Shown: positions 9,393-19,244, numbered from the stretch's first letter. The stretch is DNA of 32,000 bases from Methanococcus maripaludis (GCF_002945325.1 NZ_CP026606.1:1320001-1352000); one strand, 5' to 3'. Numbers and translations: made by a program. Notes: generated by a model from the letters alone, not told the origin.

Positions 9393-10451
9393 TTATTTTT
9401 TAGCCAGATTTATTATTAATTTAAGTTTTTCTCCATCGTATGAACTTCTAATCCAGATGGAACTGTATTCTGAAATATTATATTTACTTTCATTCGCATC
9501 GTTTTTAATGTAATCAAATGCCCATTTTGCATACTGTTTTTCAAAAATTGGTGTGTACCCTCCAAATTCAAAGAAATACTGAATTGTAATTCCTTTTTCA
9601 TACGCTCTTGGAAGATATTCCATTGAATCTAAGTATTGTATATTGTAGTCACTTTTTATTTCGTAATTCTGTTCAAAATCTGTCATCAAATACCTTGAAA
9701 AACCTGCAATATCGCTGTATTTATTTGAAACTGCACTGTAACTTTCAACAGATTTAAAATCTTTATCATAAGAAACTGAATCATTTACAAGTTTAATTTT
9801 GTAAAATGTAATGTTATCGATATTATAATTTTCAACATCTTTTTTATAATCTAAATAGTTGTATAAATCCATAATTGGGGGCTGCTGGTCGATAATGTAG
9901 TAATCACCATTTATATCAACTGCCGCGGCTGCATGACCTGGATTTCCTGTTGATTCAAATGTTAAGATATATATCGAGGAATAATCCATTTCTAAAAGCA
10001 ATGCAGAAGTTAATAGGGCATAATCTCCACAGATTCCAGATTTTAATTTAAGTGTTTCTGCAGGACTTTGTATTGTATTATTATATGAATCAGAAACTTC
10101 TGTTCTTCCGCCAACCCAGTATGTAACCTCAGGACTTGGGAGTTCTGCTTTTTCATGATTATATTCAATATTATCTTCTTCCCAAAGTACAATATTCCAG
10201 ATGGAGTCTTCAATAGTATTACCACTTAATGATTTAGAAACGTTGGATACCTTTTCAAGTTCATTTGGGGATAAATATATTTCAATTGAATCTTCAAAGA
10301 TATATTTTGGAATCTTTTCGTCAAATTCACCATTTTCAAGTATTTTTGATAAATTTAAACTTTCAAAATTATTTTGAACGATAAATAGTGTAGAAAATAC
10401 TAAAATTCCAATGATTGTAATATAAATTATGTTTTTCAGTTTTAAATTCAT
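9393..10451 (-). CDS. Membrane-anchored transglutaminase-like cysteine protease-fold protein
   Basis: 352 aa with an N-terminal TM helix (IIYITIIGILVFSTLFIV). The transglutaminase-core pattern is SGICGDYALL...GHAAAAV...IIDQ (Cys-His-Asp). Confidence 0.6.
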   Translation of the reverse strand: MNLKLKNIIYITIIGILVFSTLFIVQNNFESLNLSKILENGEFDEKIPKYIFEDSIEIYLSPNELEKVSNVSKSLSGNTIEDSIWNIVLWEEDNIEYNHEKAELPSPEVTYWVGGRTEVSDSYNNTIQSPAETLKLKSGICGDYALLTSALLLEMDYSSIYILTFESTGNPGHAAAAVDINGDYYIIDQQPPIMDLYNYLDYKKDVENYNIDNITFYKIKLVNDSVSYDKDFKSVESYSAVSNKYSDIAGFSRYLMTDFEQNYEIKSDYNIQYLDSMEYLPRAYEKGITIQYFFEFGGYTPIFEKQYAKWAFDYIKNDANESKYNISEYSSIWIRSSYDGEKLKLIINLAKK

Positions 10452-10484
10452 AAAAACACCAAAAATAAAAAAATTTAAATTAGT

Positions 10485-10727
10485 TTATTCTTCAGATTCA
10501 GCTTTTATTTTTTCAGGCTCTTTAGAAAAATCGTACGAAACCCCTTCGGGTGCAATAGGGATAATTATTGCTGCAATAATATATACAATAATCATTAACG
10601 GGTTCATGAAAAATAATAGTACCCATAAAAGCCTGATGAGCGTTGGATCTACGTTGAAATAGATTGCAAGTCCCCCACATACTCCTGAAAGCATTTTTTC
10701 TTTGTCTGATCGGTATAATCTTTTCAT
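10485..10727 (-). CDS. PspC-domain small membrane protein
   Basis: 80 aa. RLYRSDKEKMLSGVCGGLAIYFNVDPTLIRLLWVLL is the canonical PspC N-terminal domain, followed by a TM helix. Confidence 0.7.
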   Translation of the reverse strand: MKRLYRSDKEKMLSGVCGGLAIYFNVDPTLIRLLWVLLFFMNPLMIIVYIIAAIIIPIAPEGVSYDFSKEPEKIKAESEE

Positions 10728-10814
10728 AAATTATCCCTCAAAATAGATGATACTTGTGTTCGTTATAATAATTATGAAAAATAGTAGTATTTAAAAAAAT
10801 GGTTAAGTGAAAAT

Positions 10815-11693
10815 TTAATTTTCTTCAGACTGTTCTGCTGTCTCTTTTGGCTTTTTTGGAACGTATTCTACTATTTTTTCAGGGCAGACTCTCGCAGTTG
10901 TAATGTATCCGGTGTGTCCGATCATTCTAGTTGATGGCCTTACTCCTTTTTCTGAAATTTCAATGTCTCTTACAATACATTCAACAGTTCTAATGTCTAA
11001 AAAGCCGTGTTCTTTTAAAGCTTCAACACCTTTTTTAGCCTGTTCTACGTATGGTACATATATTGCAATTCTTCCCTTTGCTTTATTGAGTGATTTTTTA
11101 GCATGTTCCACAACATTCCAAGGGTCAGGCATATCCAAAACTAAAACATCGATATTTTCTTCTTCTATTTTTTCAGTAATATCTCCGATTTTTTGCGTAA
11201 CGTTGTAAAGCCCGTTTTCTACAATTTCAATTTCTTCTTCGTCTTCGTCATCAATTCCAATGATTTTTTGGTTTTGTCTAACGGCTCCAACTATTTCAAG
11301 ATTTTTTCTAGCAATTTTTGCAAATTCTGGCCTTTTTTCGTAAGTTATTATTTTTCCTTCTTTTCCAACAGCATTTGCTAAATAAATTGTAAGTGCCGCA
11401 GAACCAGTACCTGCTTCAACAACGGTTTCTCCATTTTCAATACCGCATTCAGCAATGATTAATCCGATATCTTTTGGAAGGAGTGTTGTAACACTTCTTT
11501 TCATTTTTTTAATAATGTCATGAATAGTTGGAGTTACAAAATAAAATTCTCCGCCTTTATTTGTAATTAAAATTGATCCTTCTTCTTTTCCAACTAAATC
11601 AACAACACCAAGGTCGTTTCCGAAATTATCGAGGTTTTTATTTAAAAGGTATTTTTTTCCACGATCATCTATAATTAGTTCTTTGTTAACCAT
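10815..11693 (-). CDS. trmI: tRNA (adenine-N1)-methyltransferase, TrmI/Gcd14 family
   Basis: 292 aa from ATG 11693 (MVNKELII...). SAM-binding VVEAGTGSAALT, and LDMPDPW. The ATG overlaps the rnhB stop (TAATG) and follows GGTGA. Confidence 0.75.
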   Translation of the reverse strand: MVNKELIIDDRGKKYLLNKNLDNFGNDLGVVDLVGKEEGSILITNKGGEFYFVTPTIHDIIKKMKRSVTTLLPKDIGLIIAECGIENGETVVEAGTGSAALTIYLANAVGKEGKIITYEKRPEFAKIARKNLEIVGAVRQNQKIIGIDDEDEEEIEIVENGLYNVTQKIGDITEKIEEENIDVLVLDMPDPWNVVEHAKKSLNKAKGRIAIYVPYVEQAKKGVEALKEHGFLDIRTVECIVRDIEISEKGVRPSTRMIGHTGYITTARVCPEKIVEYVPKKPKETAEQSEEN

Positions 11694-12421
11694 TATTTCA
11701 CCCACTGAAATATTTTTGATTCTTCGATTTCCTTTAAAAGATTTTTTGAAGTTGCCCAGCTCTTTCTAGCAATTTTTGGGAGAGTTCTGTTTTCATACAC
11801 GTAATTTTTTAAAAATTTTTTAGTTTTTGGATCACTTGGATATCCGCTTCCAATTTCTCCAAAAGTTTCTTTATATTCTTCAATAACCCTATCACGAGTT
11901 ACTTTAGCAATAATTGATGCAGCAGACACTATTTTGTAATTTTCATCAGCTTTGTGTTCAGCAATGATTTCAACGTTTTTATTAATAAGTTTTGCTTTAA
12001 ATTGATTTGAAAATGACTGTTCACTGCTACTGCAGGCATCGATATAAATTGATATATTATCATTTTCCCTGATAAAATGATTTGAAAGCTTTGAAAAAGC
12101 GCTTAATTCTATTTTGTTTAAGTTTATAATTTCCATCTGTTTGTCAATTGTTTCAGGATCAATTACAATCTTTTCGACATCGCATATTTCGTTTATTTTT
12201 ATATAAAGTTCTTCACGCTTTTTTTTGGAAAGTTGTTTACTGTCCTTTAATTCAAGATCATTTAACTTATGTAAATTTTTTTCATCAATTTTTACCGAAG
12301 CAATTACCATTGGTCCAAGTACGGGTCCACGGCCTGCTTCATCGAGTCCAACTATTATTTTTTCGTTAGATCCGTTTGAATTATCCGAATTATTTAAATT
12401 ATTATTAATATCCTCACTCAT
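11693..12421 (-). CDS. rnhB: Ribonuclease HII
   Basis: GLDEAGRGPVLGPMVIA catalytic motif, plus SASIIAKVTRD and GSGYPSD. The likely start is ATG 12421 (MSEDINN...). The track start 12469 adds a hydrophobic FFICFLF leader that looks non-coding. Confidence 0.9.
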   Translation of the reverse strand: MSEDINNNLNNSDNSNGSNEKIIVGLDEAGRGPVLGPMVIASVKIDEKNLHKLNDLELKDSKQLSKKKREELYIKINEICDVEKIVIDPETIDKQMEIINLNKIELSAFSKLSNHFIRENDNISIYIDACSSSEQSFSNQFKAKLINKNVEIIAEHKADENYKIVSAASIIAKVTRDRVIEEYKETFGEIGSGYPSDPKTKKFLKNYVYENRTLPKIARKSWATSKNLLKEIEESKIFQWVK

Positions 12422-12470
12422 TATATCACGTAATTTACTAAACAGGAAACATATAAAAAACAGTAACACG

Positions 12471-12494
12471 AATATACTTATGCGTTATTTCGGG
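12471..12494. promoter_or_regulatory. Copy 1 of the recurrent TTATGCGT-TA motif in the rnhB/purP divergent spacer
   Basis: AATATACTTATGCGTTATTTCGGG. Related copies occur at 15036-15053 and 29071-29087, all just upstream of minus-strand gene starts. Confidence 0.3.
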
Positions 12495-12539
12495 TCTAAA
12501 AACTCTATTTTAAATACCATATAGAACAATGGTGGTAAT

Positions 12540-13625
12540 ATGATTCCAAAAGAAGAAATAATGGGGATTTTTGAAAAATATAACAAGGATGAAGTGACTA
12601 TTGTTACGGTAGGAAGCCACACGTCTTTACACATCTTAAAAGGTGCGAAATTAGAGGGTTTTTCAACAGCAGTTATAACAACAAAAGATAGGGCTATACC
12701 ATACAAAAGATTTGGTGTGGCAGACAAATTTATCTATGTTGATCAATTTTCAGATATTTCAAAAGAAGAAATTCAACAGCAATTAAGAGATATGAATGCA
12801 ATTATCGTTCCTCACGGTTCATTCATTGCTTACTGCGGATTAGATAATGTGGAAGACACATTCAAAGTTCCAATGTTTGGAAACAGAGCTATTTTAAGAT
12901 GGGAAGCTGAAAGGGATCTCGAAGGACGGCTTTTGGGCGGAAGCGGTCTTAGAATTCCAAAAAAATATGGCGGACCTGATGAAATAGATGGGCCAGTAAT
13001 GGTTAAATTCCCTGGAGCAAGGGGCGGAAGAGGCTACTTCCCATGTTCAAGTGTTGAAGAGTTCTGGAGAAAAATAGGCGAGTTTAAAGCTAAAGGTGTT
13101 CTCACAGAAGACGATGTTTCAAAAGCACACATCGAAGAATATGTTGTTGGTGCAAACTACTGCATTCACTATTTCTATTCACCATTAAAAGATCAGGTTG
13201 AATTAATGGGAATTGATAGAAGATATGAAAGCAGCATTGATGGGCTCGTTAGAGTTCCTGCAAAAGACCAGCTTGAATTAAATATAGACCCTTCCTACGT
13301 TATCACCGGAAACTTCCCTGTTGTAATTAGGGAAAGTCTTTTACCTCAGGTATTTGACATGGGCGATAAATTAGTTGCAAAAGCAAAAGAAGAAGTAAAT
13401 CCGGGAATGCTTGGACCATTCTGTTTACAGTCATTATGTAATGACAACCTAGAACTCGTTGTATTTGAAATGAGTGCAAGGGTTGATGGTGGAACAAACA
13501 CGTTTATGAATGGAAGTCCATATTCATGCCTTTACACTGGCGAACCGTTAAGCATGGGTCAGAGAATTGCAAAAGAAATAAAATTAGCACTTGAACTTAA
13601 CATGATTGACAAAGTTATATCTTAA
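12540..13625 (+). CDS. purP: 5-formaminoimidazole-4-carboxamide ribonucleotide (FAICAR) synthetase, ATP-grasp, archaeal purine pathway
   Basis: 361 aa, near-colinear with my recollection of M. jannaschii PurP (MJ0136): TVGSHTSLHILKGAKLEGFST, VPHGSFIAYCG, FPGARGGRGYF, SARVDGGTN. Confidence 0.92.
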   Translation: MIPKEEIMGIFEKYNKDEVTIVTVGSHTSLHILKGAKLEGFSTAVITTKDRAIPYKRFGVADKFIYVDQFSDISKEEIQQQLRDMNAIIVPHGSFIAYCGLDNVEDTFKVPMFGNRAILRWEAERDLEGRLLGGSGLRIPKKYGGPDEIDGPVMVKFPGARGGRGYFPCSSVEEFWRKIGEFKAKGVLTEDDVSKAHIEEYVVGANYCIHYFYSPLKDQVELMGIDRRYESSIDGLVRVPAKDQLELNIDPSYVITGNFPVVIRESLLPQVFDMGDKLVAKAKEEVNPGMLGPFCLQSLCNDNLELVVFEMSARVDGGTNTFMNGSPYSCLYTGEPLSMGQRIAKEIKLALELNMIDKVIS

Positions 13626-13688
13626 ATTAAATTTAATTTTTATTTTTTTTAAAAAAGTATTTTTGGAATTTTTAAAGTTATTTAATAT

Positions 13689-15002
13689 TTAAGAATTTAT
13701 TATCTCTTTTATTTCTGTTAATTTTTCATTCATTGTTTTTTCATCATCTGCTTCTAAATTTAACCTTAAAAGTGGTTCAGTATTTGATGATCTAACATTA
13801 AACCAAAAATCATTACAATAAAGCGAAATTCCATCTAATTTTTCGATTTTGCAGATGTTTTCATATTTTTTTTCAATGGATTCGATCGATTTTTTCTGGT
13901 TAGCCACTTTAAAGTTTATTTCACCACTGTGGAAATATTTTTTGTAATTTTTCGAAATTTCTGAGAGTGGTTTTCCTTCTCTTTCAAGTGCTTTCAAGAT
14001 ATAATTCAATGCTAATAACGGGCTTTCAAAGTAACCTGTTGATTTGAAGTAGAAGTGATTGCTAAACTCCCCTGCAAACTCTGCATCTATTTCATGCATT
14101 AATTTTTTTATGAAGTAGTGTCCAACTCTTGTTTTTACAGGAGTTCCCCCATTTTTTGAAATTGTTTCAGGAACCACTTTACTGCATCTTAAATCGTATA
14201 CAATTTTTCCTTTAACTTCGTTTAAAATTTCATTTGAAATTATCGCAGTTAATATGTCCCCTGCTAAAATTTCTCCTTTTTCATCGACCATTCCGATTCT
14301 GTCGCCATCTCCATCAAAAATAAGGCCAAATTCGCAAAAGTTAGTTTTTACCGTGTTTATAATATCGATCAAACATTCTTTTTTAAGGGTGTCTGGTTCG
14401 TGTGCAGGGAAATTTCCGTCCGGAAAATCGTTAACAAATATTTTATTTTCTAAAACTTTTTCTAAAACTTTTTTTTCTGCATTGGTAGTTGCACCGTTTG
14501 CAAAGTCTACTGCAATTTTTCGATTTGTTTTTTCAAGTTTTTTGGTAAAAAAATTCAAATATTTACTTAAAATATCAACCTTTAAACTTTCTAAATCCAA
14601 ATTTTCAATTTCTTCCTTTTGTTCTTCTGAAAGTTCAAACATTTCAAAATCCGGTTTTATTTCATCTACTGGTGAAAGTGGAATTGCATCGATGTCGCAC
14701 ATTTTAAATCCAGTATACTCTTTTGGATTGTGGGATGCAGTTAAGATTACTCCAAGATCAAATTTTTTAAGAGTTCCAAAGTACATCAGCGGGGTTGAGA
14801 TTTCTCCAGCATAGTAAACTTTAGAATTTTCAAGTATCCCGTAAATAAATGGTTTTAAGAGTTTTTTGGAACCGATTCGAATATCGTTTCCAACCATTAT
14901 TCTTTCATAGTTTTTTCCAACGAGTTTTCCTAAAGAATAAGCAAAATTATCATCTAAATCTTTTTCATAAATTCCCCTGATGTCGTATGCCTTAAATACC
15001 AA
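13689..15002 (-). CDS. Phosphohexomutase (phosphomannomutase/phosphoglucomutase/phosphoglucosamine mutase family)
   Basis: 437 aa. N-terminal FKAYDIRG, active-site TASHNP, and the Mg site DGDGDR. Apparent TTG start after GGTGG. Confidence 0.85.
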   Translation of the reverse strand: MVFKAYDIRGIYEKDLDDNFAYSLGKLVGKNYERIMVGNDIRIGSKKLLKPFIYGILENSKVYYAGEISTPLMYFGTLKKFDLGVILTASHNPKEYTGFKMCDIDAIPLSPVDEIKPDFEMFELSEEQKEEIENLDLESLKVDILSKYLNFFTKKLEKTNRKIAVDFANGATTNAEKKVLEKVLENKIFVNDFPDGNFPAHEPDTLKKECLIDIINTVKTNFCEFGLIFDGDGDRIGMVDEKGEILAGDILTAIISNEILNEVKGKIVYDLRCSKVVPETISKNGGTPVKTRVGHYFIKKLMHEIDAEFAGEFSNHFYFKSTGYFESPLLALNYILKALEREGKPLSEISKNYKKYFHSGEINFKVANQKKSIESIEKKYENICKIEKLDGISLYCNDFWFNVRSSNTEPLLRLNLEADDEKTMNEKLTEIKEIINS

Positions 15003-15035
15003 TTTAAACCACCGTTCAATGTTCGAATAAAAAAA

Positions 15036-15053
15036 TTTATGCGTTATATTATG
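15036..15053 (-). promoter_or_regulatory. Copy 2 of the TTATGCGT-TA motif / candidate promoter of the phosphohexomutase gene
   Basis: The minus strand reads CATAATATAACGCATAAA, 35-50 nt upstream of the start codon at 15002. It is TATA-like and followed by CGCATAA. Confidence 0.3.
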
Positions 15054-15210
15054 TAAATTGGGATTAAATAACTTTTCAAAAAAATAAAAAATATTATACC
15101 ATAATTACTCTGAACAATGGTCGAAAATAAAATTAAACCTCACACACTCTGGAATGAGGTATTATTTATTATATTAATATATTTATAAAAATGTTTTGAT
15201 TTGATAATGT

Positions 15211-15254
15211 GAAAAAAAGAAGTTTTATTGCAATCCTCAACTCTCAGATTGCAA
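15211..15254 (-). terminator. Hairpin + oligo-T terminator after rps10 (end of the RNAP/str/EF cluster)
   Basis: Perfect 8-bp inverted repeat TTGCAATC(15228-15235)/GATTGCAA(15247-15254) with an 11-nt loop, about 35 nt after the rps10 stop. On the minus strand it is followed by TAAAACTTCTTTTTTT. Confidence 0.5.
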
Positions 15255-15288
15255 TACGTCTGGCTTTTGCGATTTAAACGAATTAAAA

Positions 15289-15597
15289 TTAGTTTCTCAA
15301 TTCAATTTCGATTTGAACTGTGTCAGGAATTCTAACTTTCATGATGTGTTTCATGGTTCTTTCGTCAGCTTCAATGTCGATAACTCTTTTGTGAACTCTC
15401 ATTGTCCATCTGTCGAATGATGAGGAACCTTCACCATCTGTTGATTTCCTTGTTGTAACTTTTAACGCTTTTGTTGGTAGTGGAATTGGACCTGACATGT
15501 CTACACCAGTTTTTTCAGCGATAGCTTTAATCTGGTCGCATACACCGTCTAATTCTGTGTGTTGTGTGCTTGATAATTTTATTCTTGCTTTTTGCAT
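15289..15597 (-). CDS. rps10: 30S ribosomal protein S10 (uS10)
   Basis: 102 aa, [10 protein letters not shown]...[13 protein letters not shown]. Canonical position after EF-1alpha. Confidence 0.95.
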
Positions 15598-15645
15598 AAT
15601 ATGCCTCTTTTGCCGTGTTTAATAAGAAGAAAAAGTTAAGCTAAA

Positions 15646-16932
15646 TTATTTGTTTTTAGCTGTAACTTGGATTGCCATACCTGCAGCAACGGTCATACCC
15701 ATATCTCTGATTGCGAATCTACCGAGTTGTGGGATTTCTTTAACGCTTTCCATAACTAATGGTTTTGTAGGCATTAATTTAACGATTGCAGCGTCACCAG
15801 CTTTTAAGAAGTCTGGGTTTTCTTCTAAAACTTCACCAGTTGCAGGGTTTAATTTTTTCTGTAATTCCATGAATGTACATGCAATCTGTGCTGTGTGTGC
15901 GTGGAATACAGGTGTGTAACCTACTGTCATAACTGATGGGTGTTGTAAAACAACGATTTGTGCTGTGAAGTCTGCAGCAACTGTTGGAGGGTTTGTTGTA
16001 TGTCCTAAAACGTCTCCTCTTTTAATGTCTTTTTTACCAACGCCTCTTACGTTGAAACCGATGTTGTCTCCAGGTTCAGCACTTGGTAATTGTTCGTGGT
16101 GCATTTCCACAGTTTTGATTTCTCCTACTGCTCCTGCAGGTTCGAAGACAACTTTGTCTCCTGGTTTGATGATACCTGTTTCAACTCTTCCTACTGGAAC
16201 TGTACCTACACCAGTGATTGAGTAAACATCCTGGATAGGTAATCTTAATGGTAAGGTTGTTGGTTTTTCAGGTGGTTGGAATCCATCGATAACTTCTGCG
16301 AGTGTAGGTCCGTTGTACCATGGTGTTTTGTCGGATTTTTTGAATACGTTGTCACCAAGAAGTGAAGCAACTGGTATGAAGTTGATGTTGTCAGGGTTGA
16401 ATCCAACCATTTTTAACAATTGGTCGCCTAACATCTTTTTCATTTCGTTGTAGTCAGCTTCTGAGAAGTTAACTGTGTCCATTTTGTTGATTGCAACAGC
16501 TAATTGGGTGATACCAAGTGTTCTTGATAAGAAAACGTGTTCTCTTGTTTGGGGTTGAATGCCTGATTTAGCATCGTCAACGTTTACAACTAAAACAGCT
16601 GCATCAGCTTGTGAAGCACCAGTGATCATGTTTTTAATGAAGTCTCTGTGGCCTGGGCAGTCTACGATTGTAACTTCGTATTTTGCGGTAGGGAATTTTT
16701 TGTGAGCTACGTCAATTGTAACTCCTCTTTCTCTTTCTTCCTTTAAACCGTCCATAACGTAAGCAAATTCGAATCCTGCTTTACCTTTTTCTTCAGCTTC
16801 TTTTCTTAATCTTACGATTAACTGTGGGTCGATAGCTCCACCATCTAATAATAATCTTCCTACTGTTGTTGATTTACCAGCATCTACGTGTCCGATAAAT
16901 GCAACGTTAAGAATTGGTTTTTCTTTTGCCAT
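15646..16932 (-). CDS. tuf: Translation elongation factor aEF-1alpha
   Basis: [17 protein letters not shown] and NKMD GTPase motifs. The likely start is ATG 16932 (MAKEKP...), right after GGAGGA. Confidence 0.97.
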   Translation of the reverse strand: MAKEKPILNVAFIGHVDAGKSTTVGRLLLDGGAIDPQLIVRLRKEAEEKGKAGFEFAYVMDGLKEERERGVTIDVAHKKFPTAKYEVTIVDCPGHRDFIKNMITGASQADAAVLVVNVDDAKSGIQPQTREHVFLSRTLGITQLAVAINKMDTVNFSEADYNEMKKMLGDQLLKMVGFNPDNINFIPVASLLGDNVFKKSDKTPWYNGPTLAEVIDGFQPPEKPTTLPLRLPIQDVYSITGVGTVPVGRVETGIIKPGDKVVFEPAGAVGEIKTVEMHHEQLPSAEPGDNIGFNVRGVGKKDIKRGDVLGHTTNPPTVAADFTAQIVVLQHPSVMTVGYTPVFHAHTAQIACTFMELQKKLNPATGEVLEENPDFLKAGDAAIVKLMPTKPLVMESVKEIPQLGRFAIRDMGMTVAAGMAIQVTAKNK

Positions 16933-16991
16933 AATCATTCCTCCATAAGAGTATATTTTTAGCGATTTTTGTAATATGATAGTGAAAAAGG

Positions 16992-17003
16992 GTATATATA
17001 TTT
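16992..17003 (-). promoter_or_regulatory. Candidate internal TATA box upstream of tuf
   Basis: The minus strand reads AAAATATATATACCC in the 83-nt fusA-tuf spacer, about 60-70 nt upstream of the tuf ATG. Confidence 0.3.
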
Positions 17004-17015
17004 TATGGTACTTGT

Positions 17016-19199
17016 TTATTCAGATTTTAACCCTTTTCTGTCCCTAATTTGTTTAGCAATCTTAGGTTGAAGCTCGTTTGGAACTCTTTCGAATCCTGAG
17101 AACTCAACGCTCCACAAACATCTACCTTGTGTAGCCCCCCTAATTGCACCAGCAAATCCGAACATTTCAGCAACAGGCACTGAAGATTTGATAATTGACA
17201 TGTCTCCTTCTTGTTCCATGTCGAGAATCTGTCCTCTTCTGTTGTTGATCTCTTTCATACCGTCTCCCATGTAGTCTTGCGGGGTGTTGATGTAAACACT
17301 TTGCATAGGTTCGAGGAGAACTGGTTTTGCTTGGGCAACTGCATCCCTTACACCGAATCTTACAGCAGGGATAATTTGAGCAGGTCCTCTGTGGATTGCA
17401 TCTTCGTGGAATGTTGCATCCACTAATCTGATTTTTACACCCTGAACTTTTTCAGCTGCGAGTGGACCGTTTCTTACACCTTCTTTGAAACCTTCGATAA
17501 TTAATTCTCTAGCTTCATCGAGTTGCACGATACCTCTTGTCATGTTTACAATCATGTTTCCATTGTAAATTGACATTACTTTTTTCGCCTGATCTTTTTC
17601 AAGACCTGCTTCAACTAACCTTGCTTCACCATCAGCGGTAGTTTTCTTTTTGTAATCTTCATCGTGGAGTTTACCTTCAACGTATGCAGCGTAAACTGAC
17701 TCTTCCATAGGTTCTGCAATCATGTAGAGTTTGTTGTGTTTGTTTGGTGATTTTCCTTCAATTTCTGGGGATGTGCCCATAATTGTTTCTCTGTAAACAA
17801 CGATTGGTTCACCGACATCTACTTCAATTCCACCGTCTCTTCCGATTTTGGTGTTAGTGATAACTTCGATGTGGAGCTCACCCATACCGCTGATTAAGTG
17901 TTCACCGGTTTCTTCGTTGATTTCTACTCTTACTGTGTTGTCTTCTCTTGCAATCTGTCTTAAGATTTCAATTAATTTTGGTAAATCTTTAGTGTTTTTA
18001 GCTTCGATTGCAACAGTGATAACTGGTTCAGAGGTGTGGCTTAATGATTCAAATCCTGGTTCTAAGATTTCTGAAGGGCTGCATACTGTTTCACCAGCAG
18101 TAGCTTCTCTTAATCCTGTTAAAGCACAGATGTTACCTGCTGAAATGCTTGGTACCTGAACTCTTTCAGCACCCATGAAGATTGAAACTTGCTGAGCTCT
18201 TGCTTTCTGTTTTGAACCAACGAGGTAGAGGTCGTCTCCTTGTTTGATTCTTCCTGAAAACAATCTGCATGCAGAAATTGCACCAGCGTGTTTATCAACG
18301 ATAATTTTTGTAACAACACCTGCAAGTGGTCCGTTAGGGTCACAAGCAACCATTGATTTACCGATGGTTGATTCAGCGTCTCCTTTCCAGATGTTTGGAA
18401 TTCTGTATTTTTGAGCAGTCAATGGATTTGGTAAGTGTTTGATTGACATGTCAAGAACAACTTCGTGGAGTGGAGCTTTTTCAGCCAATTCTTTTTGGTT
18501 TTCTTGCTCACAGTAGTCAATAATATCTTTGAATGAAATTCCTGATCTTTGCATGTATGGAACTGAAATAGCCCAGTTGTTGTATGCTGAACCAAAAGCA
18601 ACTTTTCCATTTGCAACATCACATAACCATTCTTTTTTGAATTCTTCAGGAGCCATTTTTTCGATTAACTTGTTAACTTCTGCAATGATTTTCATGAATC
18701 TTCCCTGTAATTCTTCAGGGGTTAATTTCAATTCATTGATCAATCTGTCAACTTTGTTAATGAATAAAACAGGTTTAACTTTTTCTTTTAATGCCTGTCT
18801 TAAAACAGTTTCCGTTTGTGGCATAACACCTTCAACAGCACAACATACAACAACAGCACCATCAATTGCTCTCATTGCTCTTGTAACGTCACCACCAAAG
18901 TCAACGTGACCAGGGGTATCGATTAAGTTGATTAAGTACTCTTTTCCGCTGTATTCGTGTACCATTGAAACGTTTGCAGCGTAGATTGTGATACCTCTTG
19001 CAGCTTCTTCTTCATCGAAGTCAAGTGCAAGCTGGTCTCCAGCTAATTCTTTGGAGATCATACCTGCTCCTGCAAGCAAGTTGTCTGATAATGTGGTTTT
19101 ACCGTGGTCAATGTGAGCACAGATACCCATGTTTCTAATTTGTTCATGTGTTTCCATTAAGGTTTTGACCTTTTCAACCATTTTTGCTCTTCTTCCCAT
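17016..19199 (-). CDS. fusA: Translation elongation factor aEF-2
   Basis: 727 aa with [17 protein letters not shown] and NKVDR, plus the diphthamide-site context [11 protein letters not shown]. Confidence 0.97.
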   Translation of the reverse strand: MGRRAKMVEKVKTLMETHEQIRNMGICAHIDHGKTTLSDNLLAGAGMISKELAGDQLALDFDEEEAARGITIYAANVSMVHEYSGKEYLINLIDTPGHVDFGGDVTRAMRAIDGAVVVCCAVEGVMPQTETVLRQALKEKVKPVLFINKVDRLINELKLTPEELQGRFMKIIAEVNKLIEKMAPEEFKKEWLCDVANGKVAFGSAYNNWAISVPYMQRSGISFKDIIDYCEQENQKELAEKAPLHEVVLDMSIKHLPNPLTAQKYRIPNIWKGDAESTIGKSMVACDPNGPLAGVVTKIIVDKHAGAISACRLFSGRIKQGDDLYLVGSKQKARAQQVSIFMGAERVQVPSISAGNICALTGLREATAGETVCSPSEILEPGFESLSHTSEPVITVAIEAKNTKDLPKLIEILRQIAREDNTVRVEINEETGEHLISGMGELHIEVITNTKIGRDGGIEVDVGEPIVVYRETIMGTSPEIEGKSPNKHNKLYMIAEPMEESVYAAYVEGKLHDEDYKKKTTADGEARLVEAGLEKDQAKKVMSIYNGNMIVNMTRGIVQLDEARELIIEGFKEGVRNGPLAAEKVQGVKIRLVDATFHEDAIHRGPAQIIPAVRFGVRDAVAQAKPVLLEPMQSVYINTPQDYMGDGMKEINNRRGQILDMEQEGDMSIIKSSVPVAEMFGFAGAIRGATQGRCLWSVEFSGFERVPNELQPKIAKQIRDRKGLKSE

Positions 19200-19231
19200 A
19201 ATCTCACTCTTTTATTTTTTGAGAAGTTCAT

Positions 19232-19244
19232 AATATACGAACTA
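19232..19244 (-). promoter_or_regulatory. 13-mer AATATACGAACTA (plus-strand reading), copy A, in the rps7-fusA spacer
   Basis: Identical 13-mer also at 21264-21276. The minus strand reads TAGTTCGTATATT (TATA-like), 33-45 nt upstream of the fusA ATG. Confidence 0.3.

Noticed and set aside
12225-12727. 99-aa (+) and 80-aa (-) ORFs spanning the rnhB/purP spacer
   Set aside because: Each is mostly antisense to a strongly supported gene (rnhB or purP). They cross the promoter spacer by chance and show no family resemblance.
14254-14814. 186-aa plus-strand ORF
   Set aside because: It lies entirely antisense to the well-supported phosphohexomutase gene. Its Ser/Phe/Lys-rich low-complexity translation is typical of a shadow frame in AT-rich DNA, and it has no SD.
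15138-15159. Hairpin CCTCA-12 nt-TGAGG
   Set aside because: It has only a 5-bp stem with a large loop and no adjacent T-tract or conserved context, so it is likely fortuitous.
15117-15188. 23-codon ORF (MVENKIKPHTLWNEVLFIILIYL*) in the long rps10-downstream spacer
   Set aside because: It has no SD, is very short, and is compositionally indistinguishable from the AT-rich spacer. There is no basis for calling it a gene.
17848-18909. Several 67-126-aa ORFs on both strands inside the aEF-2 locus (17848-18159, 18119-18349, 18419-18622, 18529-18909)
   Set aside because: All overlap the fusA coding sequence in other frames, and none has recognisable motifs or an SD. The same reasoning applies to the small antisense or off-frame ORFs inside fruB/G/D/A, tuf, rpoA1, rpoA2 and rpoB2.
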